Shown here piece after piece: positions 19,243 through 29,816 of a stretch of DNA of 64,000 nt (position 1 is the first letter of the stretch; every line of letters begins with the position of its first letter). Source of the DNA: a virus; the IMG/VR virus record IMGVR_UViG_3300025317_000002, positions 19,117 through 83,116 of that record; one strand, 5' to 3'. Position numbers and translations under genes: made by a program. The notes under the pieces were generated by a model. That model was not told the DNA's origin and did no database searches. It was given only the letters and a program-made list of their open reading frames with translations.

Positions 19243-20609
19243 GTAACGAAATTCGAGATTTCGTTCTTCCTTTACACCTTACTCCCATAGTCTACATGAC
19301 GCTGGGAGAAAAGAATCTCATGACAGTTCCCCCTCAATGGATTCAGTCTCTCGAGTATGAAGACAACATGGGAGAAGGTGGAGGGGACACTTGGTCTGCA
19401 ACAATCCTAGACCAGACCTTTAACGAGGTAGAACGGGCTATCATTTCCTCAGGGGGGATAGGCTCACTTTCCTGGGGTTACTTGAATGGGCCCATTACTC
19501 CCCTTCGCAAGATTCAAGTTATCGACTGGATGCCGCGGCTAACGACAAAGGGAAGGCTTCTTACAATCCGAGGATTTGATCTATCGTGTCAGATGCGTTG
19601 GTTCTCTGCTTTTGAGGATGATGGTACTACTCCAAAGAACAAGCAAGAGTTCTCTGGAATAGGTTATCATGGCAAACCTTCGGAAGTTGTGGCTAGAATT
19701 GCAAGCGAATACCAGGAAGAAGGGATTCTCTCAGATTCCAACCCTGAGATAGAGGATACGCAGTCTATACTGGTAGATGACTACACCAAAGAAGAAGGTG
19801 ACAAGAAACCAATGGACTTTGTCCAGGAAAGAGATATGACAGACGAAGCTTTCATAAAGAGTCTCATTCCTCTTTCCAGATCCGTGGATTACGATCCAGA
19901 AGATAAAAATGCCAAGCTCATAAATACATACTATCTCTACTTTACGCCAGACAAAGTAGGAAAGCCAATCCTGCACTTCCACCCCCCGAGGTTTGATGCC
20001 CCTGTTCACAGGCGCTACAACTTTCGAGGTCAAATTGGCTCCATAAAGAGCTTCGAGCCAAACATAAATGGAATGCTAATCGGCATGCTCGCAGGAAACA
20101 TTACCTTCTCTGGTATGGATTCTTATACTGGAGCTTTCTACGAGGTTTCTGTCACATCAGAAGGTCTGACTGTAAGAGAAGATGGAAAAGTGAAGCGACA
20201 ATCCACAAGAAGACTTGCCATAGGAAGTATGGCTCTGAATAATCCCTACAGAAAGAGAGGAGGAATCTCTGCACTTTATCCATCTCATTTTAGCACTTCC
20301 GAGGAAGCGGAAAGAGCGGCTATAGCTTTATGGGAAGCTTGGAATATCCGAACCTTTCAAGCCAAAGCTACAATCATGGGAGACCCAGAGCTAATTGCAG
20401 GAGACATGGTTTATCTCAATATTCTTCTTCCCAATGGAATTCCAGATTATACTTCTGGAAAATATCTAGTCATGAAAGCGATCCATCATGTGCGAAAGGC
20501 GTTTACCATGTCTTTGGATTGTCTGTCCTCTCATGCGAGATCAGGTAACCAAGTAGCAACAGGACCAGATTTCAAGGTTGTAACTGGGCCAAGGAGAGTC
20601 TCCAGGTGA
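19239..20609 (+). CDS. baseplate hub protein (gp27 / P2 gpD / Mu gp44-like)
   Basis: C-terminal 'ATIMGDPELIAGDMV.L........SGKYLV.KAIHHV...FTM.L'. Confidence 0.75.
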   Translation: MSNEIRDFVLPLHLTPIVYMTLGEKNLMTVPPQWIQSLEYEDNMGEGGGDTWSATILDQTFNEVERAIISSGGIGSLSWGYLNGPITPLRKIQVIDWMPRLTTKGRLLTIRGFDLSCQMRWFSAFEDDGTTPKNKQEFSGIGYHGKPSEVVARIASEYQEEGILSDSNPEIEDTQSILVDDYTKEEGDKKPMDFVQERDMTDEAFIKSLIPLSRSVDYDPEDKNAKLINTYYLYFTPDKVGKPILHFHPPRFDAPVHRRYNFRGQIGSIKSFEPNINGMLIGMLAGNITFSGMDSYTGAFYEVSVTSEGLTVREDGKVKRQSTRRLAIGSMALNNPYRKRGGISALYPSHFSTSEEAERAAIALWEAWNIRTFQAKATIMGDPELIAGDMVYLNILLPNGIPDYTSGKYLVMKAIHHVRKAFTMSLDCLSSHARSGNQVATGPDFKVVTGPRRVSR

Positions 20610-21739
20610 CTGATCCTACTTCTCAAAAGAGATACTACTTTGGGTTTTTCAAAGGGAGAATCGAAGACAACGTCGATCCGAGAAATCTGGGAAGACTAAA
20701 AGTCAGAGTCCCGGAAATTCATGGCCCTGAAGTTCAAATTCCCAACGATCAGCTTCCTTGGGCAAGACCAGCCTTCAAAGGGCAATATGCTTATGATGTG
20801 CCTGATCCTGATGGAGTCGTCTGGGTAGGATTTGAGCATGGCTTAGCAGATAAGCCCGTCTGGTTTGGGTGCCTTCCTCTTGAATATGAACCAGAATTTG
20901 AGCCAGTTCCTCCTCCTGTTATAGGGCCCGTTGCAACAGCAGAGACAGAAACAACAGGCACACAAACAAGCCAGGCCCAAACAAATACTGGAACCCCAAC
21001 TTTAAATGGAGTAATAGCTAAGAGCTCCTATGACTATATCATAGACACCGGTGTTACGAGTTTTCAATTTGGACCTATTATTGCCTTTCTCCTCAAATGG
21101 ACAACGAACAAAGAGACCAGTTCTCCTCTTTGTCTAGCCGATACAGAAAACGGCCCAAAGCCAGGTATGACAATTGAATTTGAAGGAGGTAAAGCAGACG
21201 GATTCCAATCCGTCATTACACAAGCTATAGGGAACAAAGTGGAGTTTGAATCCATCCAATATGCACCAGATATAGGAAGTGTCTACAAGATCTATAACAA
21301 AGGAAATCCCCCAATCCCGAAGAGACTAAGGACTTATGACGGAACGGGCGACAAGTCAGGAGTACTCCCAGTTGGAAAGTTTGTGACTCCAACCCGACAT
21401 GCTCCTTACAGTAAGGTGAACGGAACTGTCAACAAGGAAACCAAGGTCGTTCAAACCCAAGCAATAAGCAAGGAGCCTGGGGGGGAAACACAAGTCTTTG
21501 AGAACAACCAAGGTGGTAGGATCGAACTGAATGCCACAGAACAAAGCGCAGAAGTGAGTTCAGCTCAAGATGTAATGATTAGAGCTGGAAAGAATACGGA
21601 AATAACAGCAAACGATATTCTTCTTATAGACGGAGGAGACGGCACCATCATCATTCATGCTAATAAGGCAATTTCCATTGTCGCTCCAAGCGTTACAATC
21701 AACAAGAGAAAAGTAAGAAACGATACTACGGATATATAA
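20606..21739 (+). CDS. baseplate central spike (gp5/gpV/VgrG OB-fold)
   Basis: 'GRIEDNVDPRNLGRLKVRVP.IHG....LPWARP...VWVGFE.G...P'; beta-helix-like C-terminus. Confidence 0.85.
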   Translation: MTDPTSQKRYYFGFFKGRIEDNVDPRNLGRLKVRVPEIHGPEVQIPNDQLPWARPAFKGQYAYDVPDPDGVVWVGFEHGLADKPVWFGCLPLEYEPEFEPVPPPVIGPVATAETETTGTQTSQAQTNTGTPTLNGVIAKSSYDYIIDTGVTSFQFGPIIAFLLKWTTNKETSSPLCLADTENGPKPGMTIEFEGGKADGFQSVITQAIGNKVEFESIQYAPDIGSVYKIYNKGNPPIPKRLRTYDGTGDKSGVLPVGKFVTPTRHAPYSKVNGTVNKETKVVQTQAISKEPGGETQVFENNQGGRIELNATEQSAEVSSAQDVMIRAGKNTEITANDILLIDGGDGTIIIHANKAISIVAPSVTINKRKVRNDTTDI

Positions 21740-22653
21740 TGGCAGATACATTTGATAAGATAGTTCAAGTTTCAGTCCCATTGGGGGCTGATTTTAATCT
21801 CAATACTGAAACTGGGTCCCTAGATCCTGAGTGTCCTTCTATAGCTGATTTTGAGGAATTTCTCATTAGAAAGATCAAGTTTCCTGGAGGGTTTGATATC
21901 GACCCTATTACCGATTTTACGGACAAACACTTTACGAAATGCACCTATGTCATCGATCTCACAAAACAAATTCAGCCCATTTTGGTTGCACTCCAGCCAA
22001 TCTTCAAGATTATGGAGTGCATTGTTAAAGTGCTAGATTGCATAAAGGCTATCAAAAAGGCTGTTAAGCCTCCAAATCCAAGGAAGATTACAAGTGCCCT
22101 CAAAAATCTGGCAGAATGTATCAGCGTCTTAGAAATATTCTTTCCGCTTCTCTCAGTGCCTCCTATGCTTTTATCCTTGATTGATACTTTCATTTTGGTC
22201 ATGCAATGTTTGCAGGAATACATAACAAACACCTTGACATTTCATGTAGATTTTTCTAAGATGGCTCAAGACGCCCACAAATGCTCTAACGTTTCCACAG
22301 AAGAAAATCCAGTTCTCCAGGCTCTTCTTTGTTCTTGGAATGAGATTGTTCATGGTTTCAACAATCAGATGCTCTCCATGCAGATGCTAAATACTCTCGT
22401 TGTTCTCTTGAATACCATGATTGATGTAATTTCGCAGATGGTGGATAAAGAACCCAAAGCACATTTCCCCTCTTTCGATGCTTTTGGTAATATTGGAAGC
22501 GGTGATATTCTAGATCTTATCGATTCGGATAAAGTCAAGGCTTTTCAGGATAAGCTGGTAGATATTGTAAGAGAAATTGACAAAATCATTGTTGTGCTCT
22601 CTACTCTCAAGGACTTTATCTTGACATTTAGTGTTGTAAAGGAGGAATCCTAA
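21739..22653 (+). CDS. hypothetical helical protein in baseplate cluster
   Basis: Translationally coupled (TAATG) on both sides. Confidence 0.6.
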   Translation: MADTFDKIVQVSVPLGADFNLNTETGSLDPECPSIADFEEFLIRKIKFPGGFDIDPITDFTDKHFTKCTYVIDLTKQIQPILVALQPIFKIMECIVKVLDCIKAIKKAVKPPNPRKITSALKNLAECISVLEIFFPLLSVPPMLLSLIDTFILVMQCLQEYITNTLTFHVDFSKMAQDAHKCSNVSTEENPVLQALLCSWNEIVHGFNNQMLSMQMLNTLVVLLNTMIDVISQMVDKEPKAHFPSFDAFGNIGSGDILDLIDSDKVKAFQDKLVDIVREIDKIIVVLSTLKDFILTFSVVKEES

Positions 22654-23033
22654 TGGCTGCTCCAATTGGTCCAGGGTTTCCTTTTAAATATGGACAGGGG
22701 GGATACTTTAACGTCCAAAAGAGGTCAAGCCTTATCAAGGCATCCCTCAAGCAGATTTTTGGCACCAAAAGAGGAGAACGAGTTAGAAATCCAAGGTTTG
22801 GATCGAGAATCTATCTTCTCGAGTTCGAACCAAACGATGACATCTTCATCGCTCTGGCAAGTTTCTACGCCTGGGAGGCTGCTTCACAAGAACTGAGAAT
22901 CATTACAGATGACATTCAAATCATTCCGGATACCGGAGTTACAGGTCATGAAGGAAGAATTGTGATCAATTTCACAGAGAAAGAGACAGGTATTCCTGAT
23001 GATTTTATCTACACAGTAGCTCGAGGTATATGA
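22653..23033 (+). CDS. baseplate wedge gp25/gpW-like protein
   Basis: 'IKASLKQIFGTKRGERVRNPRFGS.I..L.FEP'. Confidence 0.9.
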   Translation: MAAPIGPGFPFKYGQGGYFNVQKRSSLIKASLKQIFGTKRGERVRNPRFGSRIYLLEFEPNDDIFIALASFYAWEAASQELRIITDDIQIIPDTGVTGHEGRIVINFTEKETGIPDDFIYTVARGI

Positions 23034-24514
23034 TGAGCGCAAAACCTATTGTATATCTGGCAAAAGACTTTGACGCCATCTTGAACGACCTCCAGATTCA
23101 GGCTCAGGCAATCTTCCAGAAATATGGACTCAAAACCTGGAATGATTACCTTCCTAGTAATCATGGCGTGGTCAACCTCGAGGCATTTGCTCGAGCAATG
23201 GAGTTTCTTCTCTATTATCAGGATAGGCAAGCCAACGAATGCTTTGGAAGTAGAGCTAAAATTCGAAAGAATATTATTGCGCTTCTCAAATGGATTGCCT
23301 ACCAGATGCATACTCAAAAGAGCGCAACAGTCACAGCTACGATCACTCGCCCCACACCTCACACGAAAAACATCTTGATGATCGACTCTGATGGTGTTTC
23401 CCCTATCTTAGCTAAAACTGAGACAGACGGAGCTATCTTTCGGGCAACAGATACGACCAAAGTTCTAGTTGCAGGTGCAAATTCTATTGATATCCCCTTT
23501 AAGCATTCTCGTTCTGAGGCAGAGGCATTCATCTCGAATGGCACGGCCAAGCAGACCATCAAGCTTTCTCAGACTCCCTTCCTTCACGACAACACAACTG
23601 TCGTTACGGTAAATGGTAAGACCTGGACTCTAAAAGAACACTGGCTCGCTTCCAAACCGGAGGACAAACATTATCTTATTTCCATCAATGGAAAAGGAGA
23701 GGGTATTGCTGAGTTCGGAGATAATGTCAACGGAATCATCCCTCCTCTAGGGTCTACAATCGAAATCGTCTATGAGTATGGAGGGGGCTCTCTTGGTAAC
23801 ATTCAAGTAGGAGAACTAACCAAGATCATCTCTTCCATTAAAGATATAGATGGGGCCGTTCAAACCCTCACGATTACAAACAAAGTAGAGGCTACCCCTG
23901 GTTCGGATGAAGAGACCATTTCCCATGCACGAATCTCTGGGCCGGCTACTCTTCGCACAAATTTCAGGTCTATTTGTAACGACGATTATATCACAAATGC
24001 ACAATCTGTGGCCGGAGTAGCCAGAGCATTTGTCGTCACTTCCAAAACTGACCCAACTGTCTTGGAAAATACTGTCTTGGTCCTCGTGTTGCCTACAACT
24101 TCTTCCATCAAACCATCAGATGACCTTCTCACTCTCGTGAGAGCCACGCTTCTCACTACCTATCCTGGAAGAGCAACAGGAGAGATCATCATCTTGGGAT
24201 TTACTGAACTCTTTGCTAACCTGAGTTTCTCTATTACCCTGGACAGCAGTGCCAATACACCCGTCAAAAAGTCAATTGTCGAGGCACAGATTCGAGCCGC
24301 CATTGCCGGACTCGTAGATTACAAGGCTCAAGATGAAGATGGAAATTTCAAGCGTCCTATGGGACAAACGCTCTATCTTGATGAGATAGAATGCGCGGCA
24401 AGAGTAACAGGAGTTAAAAGTGCAACGCTCACAAACCCAACAGTACCTATCACGCCAAAGCAGACAGAGCTTATCTCCATTCCTGCTTCAGCGGTATCGC
24501 TCAGCTTCGTATAG
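23030..24514 (+). CDS. baseplate J / gp6-like wedge protein
   Basis: 'Y..KDFD.I...L', 'FGDNVNG.IPP.G..I...Y..GGG..GN', 'G.DEET', 'R.I...DY'. Confidence 0.9.
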   Translation: MMSAKPIVYLAKDFDAILNDLQIQAQAIFQKYGLKTWNDYLPSNHGVVNLEAFARAMEFLLYYQDRQANECFGSRAKIRKNIIALLKWIAYQMHTQKSATVTATITRPTPHTKNILMIDSDGVSPILAKTETDGAIFRATDTTKVLVAGANSIDIPFKHSRSEAEAFISNGTAKQTIKLSQTPFLHDNTTVVTVNGKTWTLKEHWLASKPEDKHYLISINGKGEGIAEFGDNVNGIIPPLGSTIEIVYEYGGGSLGNIQVGELTKIISSIKDIDGAVQTLTITNKVEATPGSDEETISHARISGPATLRTNFRSICNDDYITNAQSVAGVARAFVVTSKTDPTVLENTVLVLVLPTTSSIKPSDDLLTLVRATLLTTYPGRATGEIIILGFTELFANLSFSITLDSSANTPVKKSIVEAQIRAAIAGLVDYKAQDEDGNFKRPMGQTLYLDEIECAARVTGVKSATLTNPTVPITPKQTELISIPASAVSLSFV

Positions 24515-24523
24515 GAGGCTATC

Positions 24524-26626
24524 ATGGCTATTAACTTAGACAGGTTCCATCAACTTGCACATCGTTTTACCAATGCCTTTGGGAGCGATGCACTCTTCAT
24601 CTGCGATCTCATGGTTCAAGTTGTTGACCCTCTTCTAGATGGAAGAGATTACCTGATAAGGCCACTTGCCACATCCATCACAAATGTCGCAAACATGTGG
24701 GACGGAAATGAAGGCACCTATGCCACATTTACAGATGGGGGAATGTTTGCTCGTCTTTTCAAGCGAATTCTTCTCATAGATGGGGTGGGCCTAGCCAAAA
24801 CGGGAGGAACTCCTTATTTCAATGCAAATTACTCTCTCTATTACCTAAACCCTCAAAGCAATGGCGATCCAGACGTAGAAGCCAACTGGGTTTTGATTAG
24901 TATTTCTCCTGGAAATATTTCAACTTCAGGAGGAGTTTATCATTCATTTGGACCCTTTTTCACCAGAGGAATCAGATTAAAGAGAACAGGAGGCATCTCT
25001 GGCACAAATGACGGTGTTGGGGAATTTCATATCTATAATTCTTCCCTTGGCCCAGGAGGATTCGTCTCTATAGGAAATGCAGAGAATAGTGCCGACAGCG
25101 ACTTTGAGGCAGATCTCTATCTCCCTGCCCCTAATGCAACTATGATGACAAACGCCCCTCCCCTCTCTAACTCTCTGGCAGAATCCTATATGGATCTTGG
25201 AGCAGAAACCCGAGTTCAGGAGCTAAGAGCCTATTATGAATCTCCATCGAATACGATCCTCTCTGCCCACGTTCGAGCAACCGCAAGTGACCCTTGGGCA
25301 GCCCTTACCTTCTCAGACCATCTTATACAGGTCAATGCAGACATTCAAGGACTCACAAGTTTTTCTCTGAATAACGTTGTTCCGGATTCCAGCAATTGTA
25401 TTCAGCTTACTGCGGGACAAGTTGCCCTTATTCCCATTCTCAATCCAGAAGCAAGCAGCACATTCTCTTTGATTTCTGGAAGACATACTATTCCAGGTCA
25501 ACTAACAAAGATAGAACTCTGTCTTTATGCAAATTTCGTCGGAGCCCAAGGAAGAGCATCTACACAAATTTACGTCGTTCGGAGATCTGTTGATGGAAAA
25601 TATTATCGAATTACTCAAGGAAACAATCTACCCCTTGCTACAATCGGAGTAGCAAATAATGTTGACGCTTTTGATCTATATACCTTTGCTACAACCGGCT
25701 CGGGCTCATTGGGATCTAAGTATGTGTTTGCTACCAATGGAACTGTAATTACAGGTGTGAGACCAACAGATTATATTGCAATCTATAATCATGCAACTTA
25801 TGATGGAAACTCCGGACAACCTTTAAGTATTGCAGTTCCTTCCGCAGCAGGGAAATCATTTGTTGCAATTGGGACATGGAGCGTTCATGATACTCGTGTA
25901 GCTCCGAGTGGGCTAACAGCAGAAGACGCAACCGCCAACCCCCAAATCAAGATCTATGGAATTTCTTACAGAAAGGCAACTCTCTCGGCCAAAAATATTC
26001 GCTACCTCAAGATTTCTCACGGACAGCTTCAAAATGGTGAATACCAAGGGCTCTATGCGATCAAGCCTATGAACAAGGACTCAACCACCTCACCAGATGC
26101 CTCCGGCAATCCTGACCTCATCGATTACTTCACAAGTGCGGATGTGGAGATTACAAGCCCCCTTGTCGTCCCAGTATCCAATTTTGGAGATGGCTCTCCC
26201 GTTGAGATCAAGGTCAAAAACCAAGGCACGATCAGTAAAACTGGTATTGTCGTTTCCATTGACCCAGATGGTACAGAGGGCTCTTTCTACTCCAAGATTG
26301 CCACCCAAGATGTTACAGGTCCTTACATTGGGCATTGTAAGAATAATGGATTCACATCTTGCACAAAGGGAAATACAAATTTCCAGAAGGTCATGGATAT
26401 GAGCAAGGGAATTGTTGGATGTAGCAGATTCTGCACACAACAAAACGGTGGAGGAACTGGGGGATTTGAGGTCGATACTTCTTCTCCCACTTCTATGAGC
26501 CCAGTCACACAAGGAAACACAAAATCGATCTGGGTAAGATCTCATATCCCGAACAATGGCTCCAGTCTTGGGGGAACCAGAAAGGCCAAAATCAGAACGT
26601 CTTGGATATCGAGTTCCTTGGATTAA
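24524..26626 (+). CDS. hypothetical baseplate / receptor-binding protein
   Basis: GGAGG RBS; beta-rich with discoidin-like segments. Confidence 0.55.
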   Translation: MAINLDRFHQLAHRFTNAFGSDALFICDLMVQVVDPLLDGRDYLIRPLATSITNVANMWDGNEGTYATFTDGGMFARLFKRILLIDGVGLAKTGGTPYFNANYSLYYLNPQSNGDPDVEANWVLISISPGNISTSGGVYHSFGPFFTRGIRLKRTGGISGTNDGVGEFHIYNSSLGPGGFVSIGNAENSADSDFEADLYLPAPNATMMTNAPPLSNSLAESYMDLGAETRVQELRAYYESPSNTILSAHVRATASDPWAALTFSDHLIQVNADIQGLTSFSLNNVVPDSSNCIQLTAGQVALIPILNPEASSTFSLISGRHTIPGQLTKIELCLYANFVGAQGRASTQIYVVRRSVDGKYYRITQGNNLPLATIGVANNVDAFDLYTFATTGSGSLGSKYVFATNGTVITGVRPTDYIAIYNHATYDGNSGQPLSIAVPSAAGKSFVAIGTWSVHDTRVAPSGLTAEDATANPQIKIYGISYRKATLSAKNIRYLKISHGQLQNGEYQGLYAIKPMNKDSTTSPDASGNPDLIDYFTSADVEITSPLVVPVSNFGDGSPVEIKVKNQGTISKTGIVVSIDPDGTEGSFYSKIATQDVTGPYIGHCKNNGFTSCTKGNTNFQKVMDMSKGIVGCSRFCTQQNGGGTGGFEVDTSSPTSMSPVTQGNTKSIWVRSHIPNNGSSLGGTRKAKIRTSWISSSLD

Positions 26627-26640
26627 GATAGAAAGCAAGG

Positions 26641-27201
26641 ATGTCAATTCAAACGACAGACTATGTCGAATATGGGTTCTCGATTGTTGAGACGCAGGAT
26701 GTTCTCAACGCTGAGTTTTCTTGTGTTGAAACAGGAGATGCCCAAGAATTCATATTCTCTGGAATTGAGACTGCGGATGTTTTGGACCTTACCTTCTTTG
26801 GGGCCGAGACGACAGATGTTCTGGAAGCATCCTTGGGTTGTTCGGAGGATATTGAGCCTCCCTTGGTTTTAAATGAAATTCCACTTCGAGGCTCAATCAA
26901 CAATTCTCCAACAACAAACATTGCGCTTTCCATTAGGGACCTTGGAGATTGTCCTACTGGGGTAAACATCAAAACTGTCAAAATCTATGTCAATGACCTC
27001 TTGGCTTTTGATGGAACCGTCTCAGATGTTACGGAAGGCACCGTGTCTAGCTGGGTGAAGGGAATTCAAAGCGGCTTCGATGGCCCAGCCAAGGATGCCT
27101 ATGCAGATGGAAATGGAATTCGGGTTGTGCTCGACCCTCTTGGACCATTTCCTCCTGCCAGTATCGTCACAGTTAGAGTTATTGCCTCAGATAAGGGATA
27201 A
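26641..27201 (+). CDS. Ig-like virion protein with short acidic N-terminal repeats
   Basis: Repeats 'ET.DVL...F.' x4-5 followed by 'D..PP.V....P' Ig-like domain. Confidence 0.55.
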   Translation: MSIQTTDYVEYGFSIVETQDVLNAEFSCVETGDAQEFIFSGIETADVLDLTFFGAETTDVLEASLGCSEDIEPPLVLNEIPLRGSINNSPTTNIALSIRDLGDCPTGVNIKTVKIYVNDLLAFDGTVSDVTEGTVSSWVKGIQSGFDGPAKDAYADGNGIRVVLDPLGPFPPASIVTVRVIASDKG

Positions 27202-27326
27202 CATTGGAAGAAACAAACTCATTTGAGCTTACAGTTGAAGAATTTCTGAAAGGGTTTTATTAGAGAATTTCCCGAAGACATCTCATCGAAGACTTAAAGA
27301 GGCTTTTGGAAGAATAGAGAACCATA

Positions 27327-28166
27327 ATGGCTGTGAACATCCTTGACTACGTATACCAATTTTCCATTATTGGAGTTCCTGAAGAGGAAAATGTTGACGA
27401 TTGTCCAAAGGGTGCTTTCGGAGATTGTGGCGAAATCGACTACCCAGGAAGACTTCTTTACGACCTCTATCCCCAACTCTACAAAGATGCAGATGAAAAG
27501 GAAGGTTCCCCTCTTCGCGCTCTCTTGGATGCAATTGACTATGCTTTCGCCCTGGCTTACAAATCCGTAGCAGCTTTTACCTGCATCATTGATCCTGACG
27601 CTGCCCCCGCTCAGTTTCTGGAGCACTTTCTATTATCTCTAGGAGATCCGTTCGGATATGTTACCCAAAGTGCAGATTGCACCAGAAAGAGGAAGATTGT
27701 CAAATCCCTCACTAGACTCTACAAGTATAAGGGCACAGTTCAAGGAGTAGAATATGCCCTGAATCTTCTTCTTGGGCTCAGAGCCAAAGTCAAATCATTC
27801 TGGAGGGACTGCTGGAAGGTAGGAGAAACAGAAATGGGAAACGAAGACTTTGTTCTAGCTCCGGCTTCAACTACATGGCTCCTTGGAAGAGGGAAACTTG
27901 GCACAACTACTAAACTTAGAAGCAGAATTGCTAGAAAGTTTATCTACACCGCCCAGATCTTTGTAGATGCAACCAAGAATAATGAGACAGATGGCTATAT
28001 AAGGAAGATCATCGAATTCATGCTTCCTGCAGACGACAGATATCTCCTCACATATTCTCTAGGTTCAGTTTCACCTGGAATTGAGACATTTGAGGATTAC
28101 TATGAGCTTCAGGTTGTGCCAGAGACGCTGCTTAGCGCAACCGAAACTTACGCGAATTATACCTAA
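27327..28166 (+). CDS. baseplate/tail protein I (P2 gpI / gp7-like)
   Basis: 'LYPQLY..AD....PL..LL', 'DPD.AP.QFL..L..SLG', 'LYKYKGTVQGVEYAL'. Confidence 0.8.
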   Translation: MAVNILDYVYQFSIIGVPEEENVDDCPKGAFGDCGEIDYPGRLLYDLYPQLYKDADEKEGSPLRALLDAIDYAFALAYKSVAAFTCIIDPDAAPAQFLEHFLLSLGDPFGYVTQSADCTRKRKIVKSLTRLYKYKGTVQGVEYALNLLLGLRAKVKSFWRDCWKVGETEMGNEDFVLAPASTTWLLGRGKLGTTTKLRSRIARKFIYTAQIFVDATKNNETDGYIRKIIEFMLPADDRYLLTYSLGSVSPGIETFEDYYELQVVPETLLSATETYANYT

Positions 28167-29146
28167 TGGCAAACACATATTGGCATGGCGCAAAAACTTC
28201 ATTTGTAGGAGTAGTTCCAAAGACTACCACCCTCCAATTCCTTCATCGAGAATTCACTGCTGAGCTATCTCTTGCTTTAGCTGCAGGAACCGAGCTTGGA
28301 ATTGGAAAGTATCGTTACAAGATCTCTTATGCCAATTCCCTTGGAGAATCGAAACCGAGCTTTGCTTCTACCGAGCTTAAGACCAAGACCAAGCAACAAC
28401 GAATTTCGATTTCCAATATTCCGCTCGGCCCAAGCGGCACACAATCCAGGAAGCTCTACCGCACGGAAGTGGATGGGAAAGTTTACAAGTATTTAGCTAC
28501 AATCGGAGACAATACCACTACCACTTATTCAGATCAAACAGCAGACTCCACACTTGGTGGAAACCTGTCTGACCCTATTCCTGGTGAGAATCGGGCAATA
28601 GAAGTTAGACATGGACTAGGCGCAAACATTATCATTTCCTACAGGAAAAACGAATATTTACGTACCTGGCAGTTAAGCAGCAAGATATTTGTCTCCGCTT
28701 GGATAAAGGATTTGGAAGGTGCTGGGCTCTATCTTTGCATCCAAGGAGGAGGAGCGGACAGCCCTCTTCCAGGATACCCGTCTTACTACATTATTCGAGA
28801 AGCCTCTGATTGGAAGCTCAAGAAGGGAAACTTTCCAGCTTACACTCCAGCAGCGACAACACTTCTTAGCTTGGTACCTTCTTTATCTCTAACAGATGGC
28901 TATTACAATTTTGGGCTGGCAGTTGAGACAAGAAATTCCACGGTATTTCTAGCTCTCTACGAAACGAAGATTCTAACACCAGAGTCTTTCTATGACTACA
29001 AGGAGATGCCAGATATGCGCTATGAGGATGCAAGTTCCCCTTACCTTTCTTCCGTAGGAGCAGGAATTGTGTCTTACAGCGCATCGGGAAACGTCAGTCA
29101 CATATTCGACCACATTCTCCACACGGAGAATTTTGAGATAAGGTAA
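28166..29146 (+). CDS. virion protein with FN3-like module
   Basis: 'YRYKISYANSLGES.PS...RKLYRT...YLATI.DNTTTTYSD' resembles the N-terminal module of the giant fibre. Confidence 0.6.
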   Translation: MANTYWHGAKTSFVGVVPKTTTLQFLHREFTAELSLALAAGTELGIGKYRYKISYANSLGESKPSFASTELKTKTKQQRISISNIPLGPSGTQSRKLYRTEVDGKVYKYLATIGDNTTTTYSDQTADSTLGGNLSDPIPGENRAIEVRHGLGANIIISYRKNEYLRTWQLSSKIFVSAWIKDLEGAGLYLCIQGGGADSPLPGYPSYYIIREASDWKLKKGNFPAYTPAATTLLSLVPSLSLTDGYYNFGLAVETRNSTVFLALYETKILTPESFYDYKEMPDMRYEDASSPYLSSVGAGIVSYSASGNVSHIFDHILHTENFEIR

Positions 29147-29150
29147 TTAA

Positions 29151-29807
29151 ATGGCTCTCGTTGATCTTATAGAACTTTCCTCTGGTTCAACTCGGGCAAT
29201 CGAGGCAGGAGTTGGCCCAGGAGGTATCGATGTAATCAAATGGACTCATGAGCCAACGAGCCCTGAAGGAGGAGGCAGAGCCCTTGTGGTTCGAAAATCG
29301 ACTTCTCTTGTTTCCTGGGAAAATATGACAAGTGGCCTTATTGGGTCCTGGATTCAAGACACAAATGGAGGAGGACTTATAGGGAGACTCCTCCCAGTTT
29401 CCATCTCCGCTCAGGGCTACTACCTCCTTCGCTCAGATGATCTCGCAATCAAGGGGGACAAATCTTACAGGTGGGGTTTGGTTCGAGGTTACCCAAAGCG
29501 AGACGTCTCTTCAGAGAAAGTTCTAGCGGTCTTTGATACAATTCCTACTTTGGCAGTAGAAGGCTATGTAAACTTAGGGCTAGAAATCTGGAATGATACT
29601 TATCTGAGAGTAAATATCACCGTCAAGCAAACGAACGTAACTAACCCCATATATAGTGACTATAGGAACGTGATCTGTGAGTTCCAGGATATAGAAGGGG
29701 TTAGGCTTACCCGAGGGGGAGTCTGGGGAATCTTGGGAGTATCTTCCTCCACCTCTGCTCAAACTACAACAAGACATGGAAACACCGTTTGGTTTCTGTC
29801 AAGCTGA
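29151..29807 (+). CDS. hypothetical virion protein
   Basis: Weak similarity to the C-terminal part of the preceding gene ('GY.N.GL', 'I..WI.D..G.GL'). Confidence 0.55.
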   Translation: MALVDLIELSSGSTRAIEAGVGPGGIDVIKWTHEPTSPEGGGRALVVRKSTSLVSWENMTSGLIGSWIQDTNGGGLIGRLLPVSISAQGYYLLRSDDLAIKGDKSYRWGLVRGYPKRDVSSEKVLAVFDTIPTLAVEGYVNLGLEIWNDTYLRVNITVKQTNVTNPIYSDYRNVICEFQDIEGVRLTRGGVWGILGVSSSTSAQTTTRHGNTVWFLSS

Positions 29808-29816
29808 GAGTCCACC

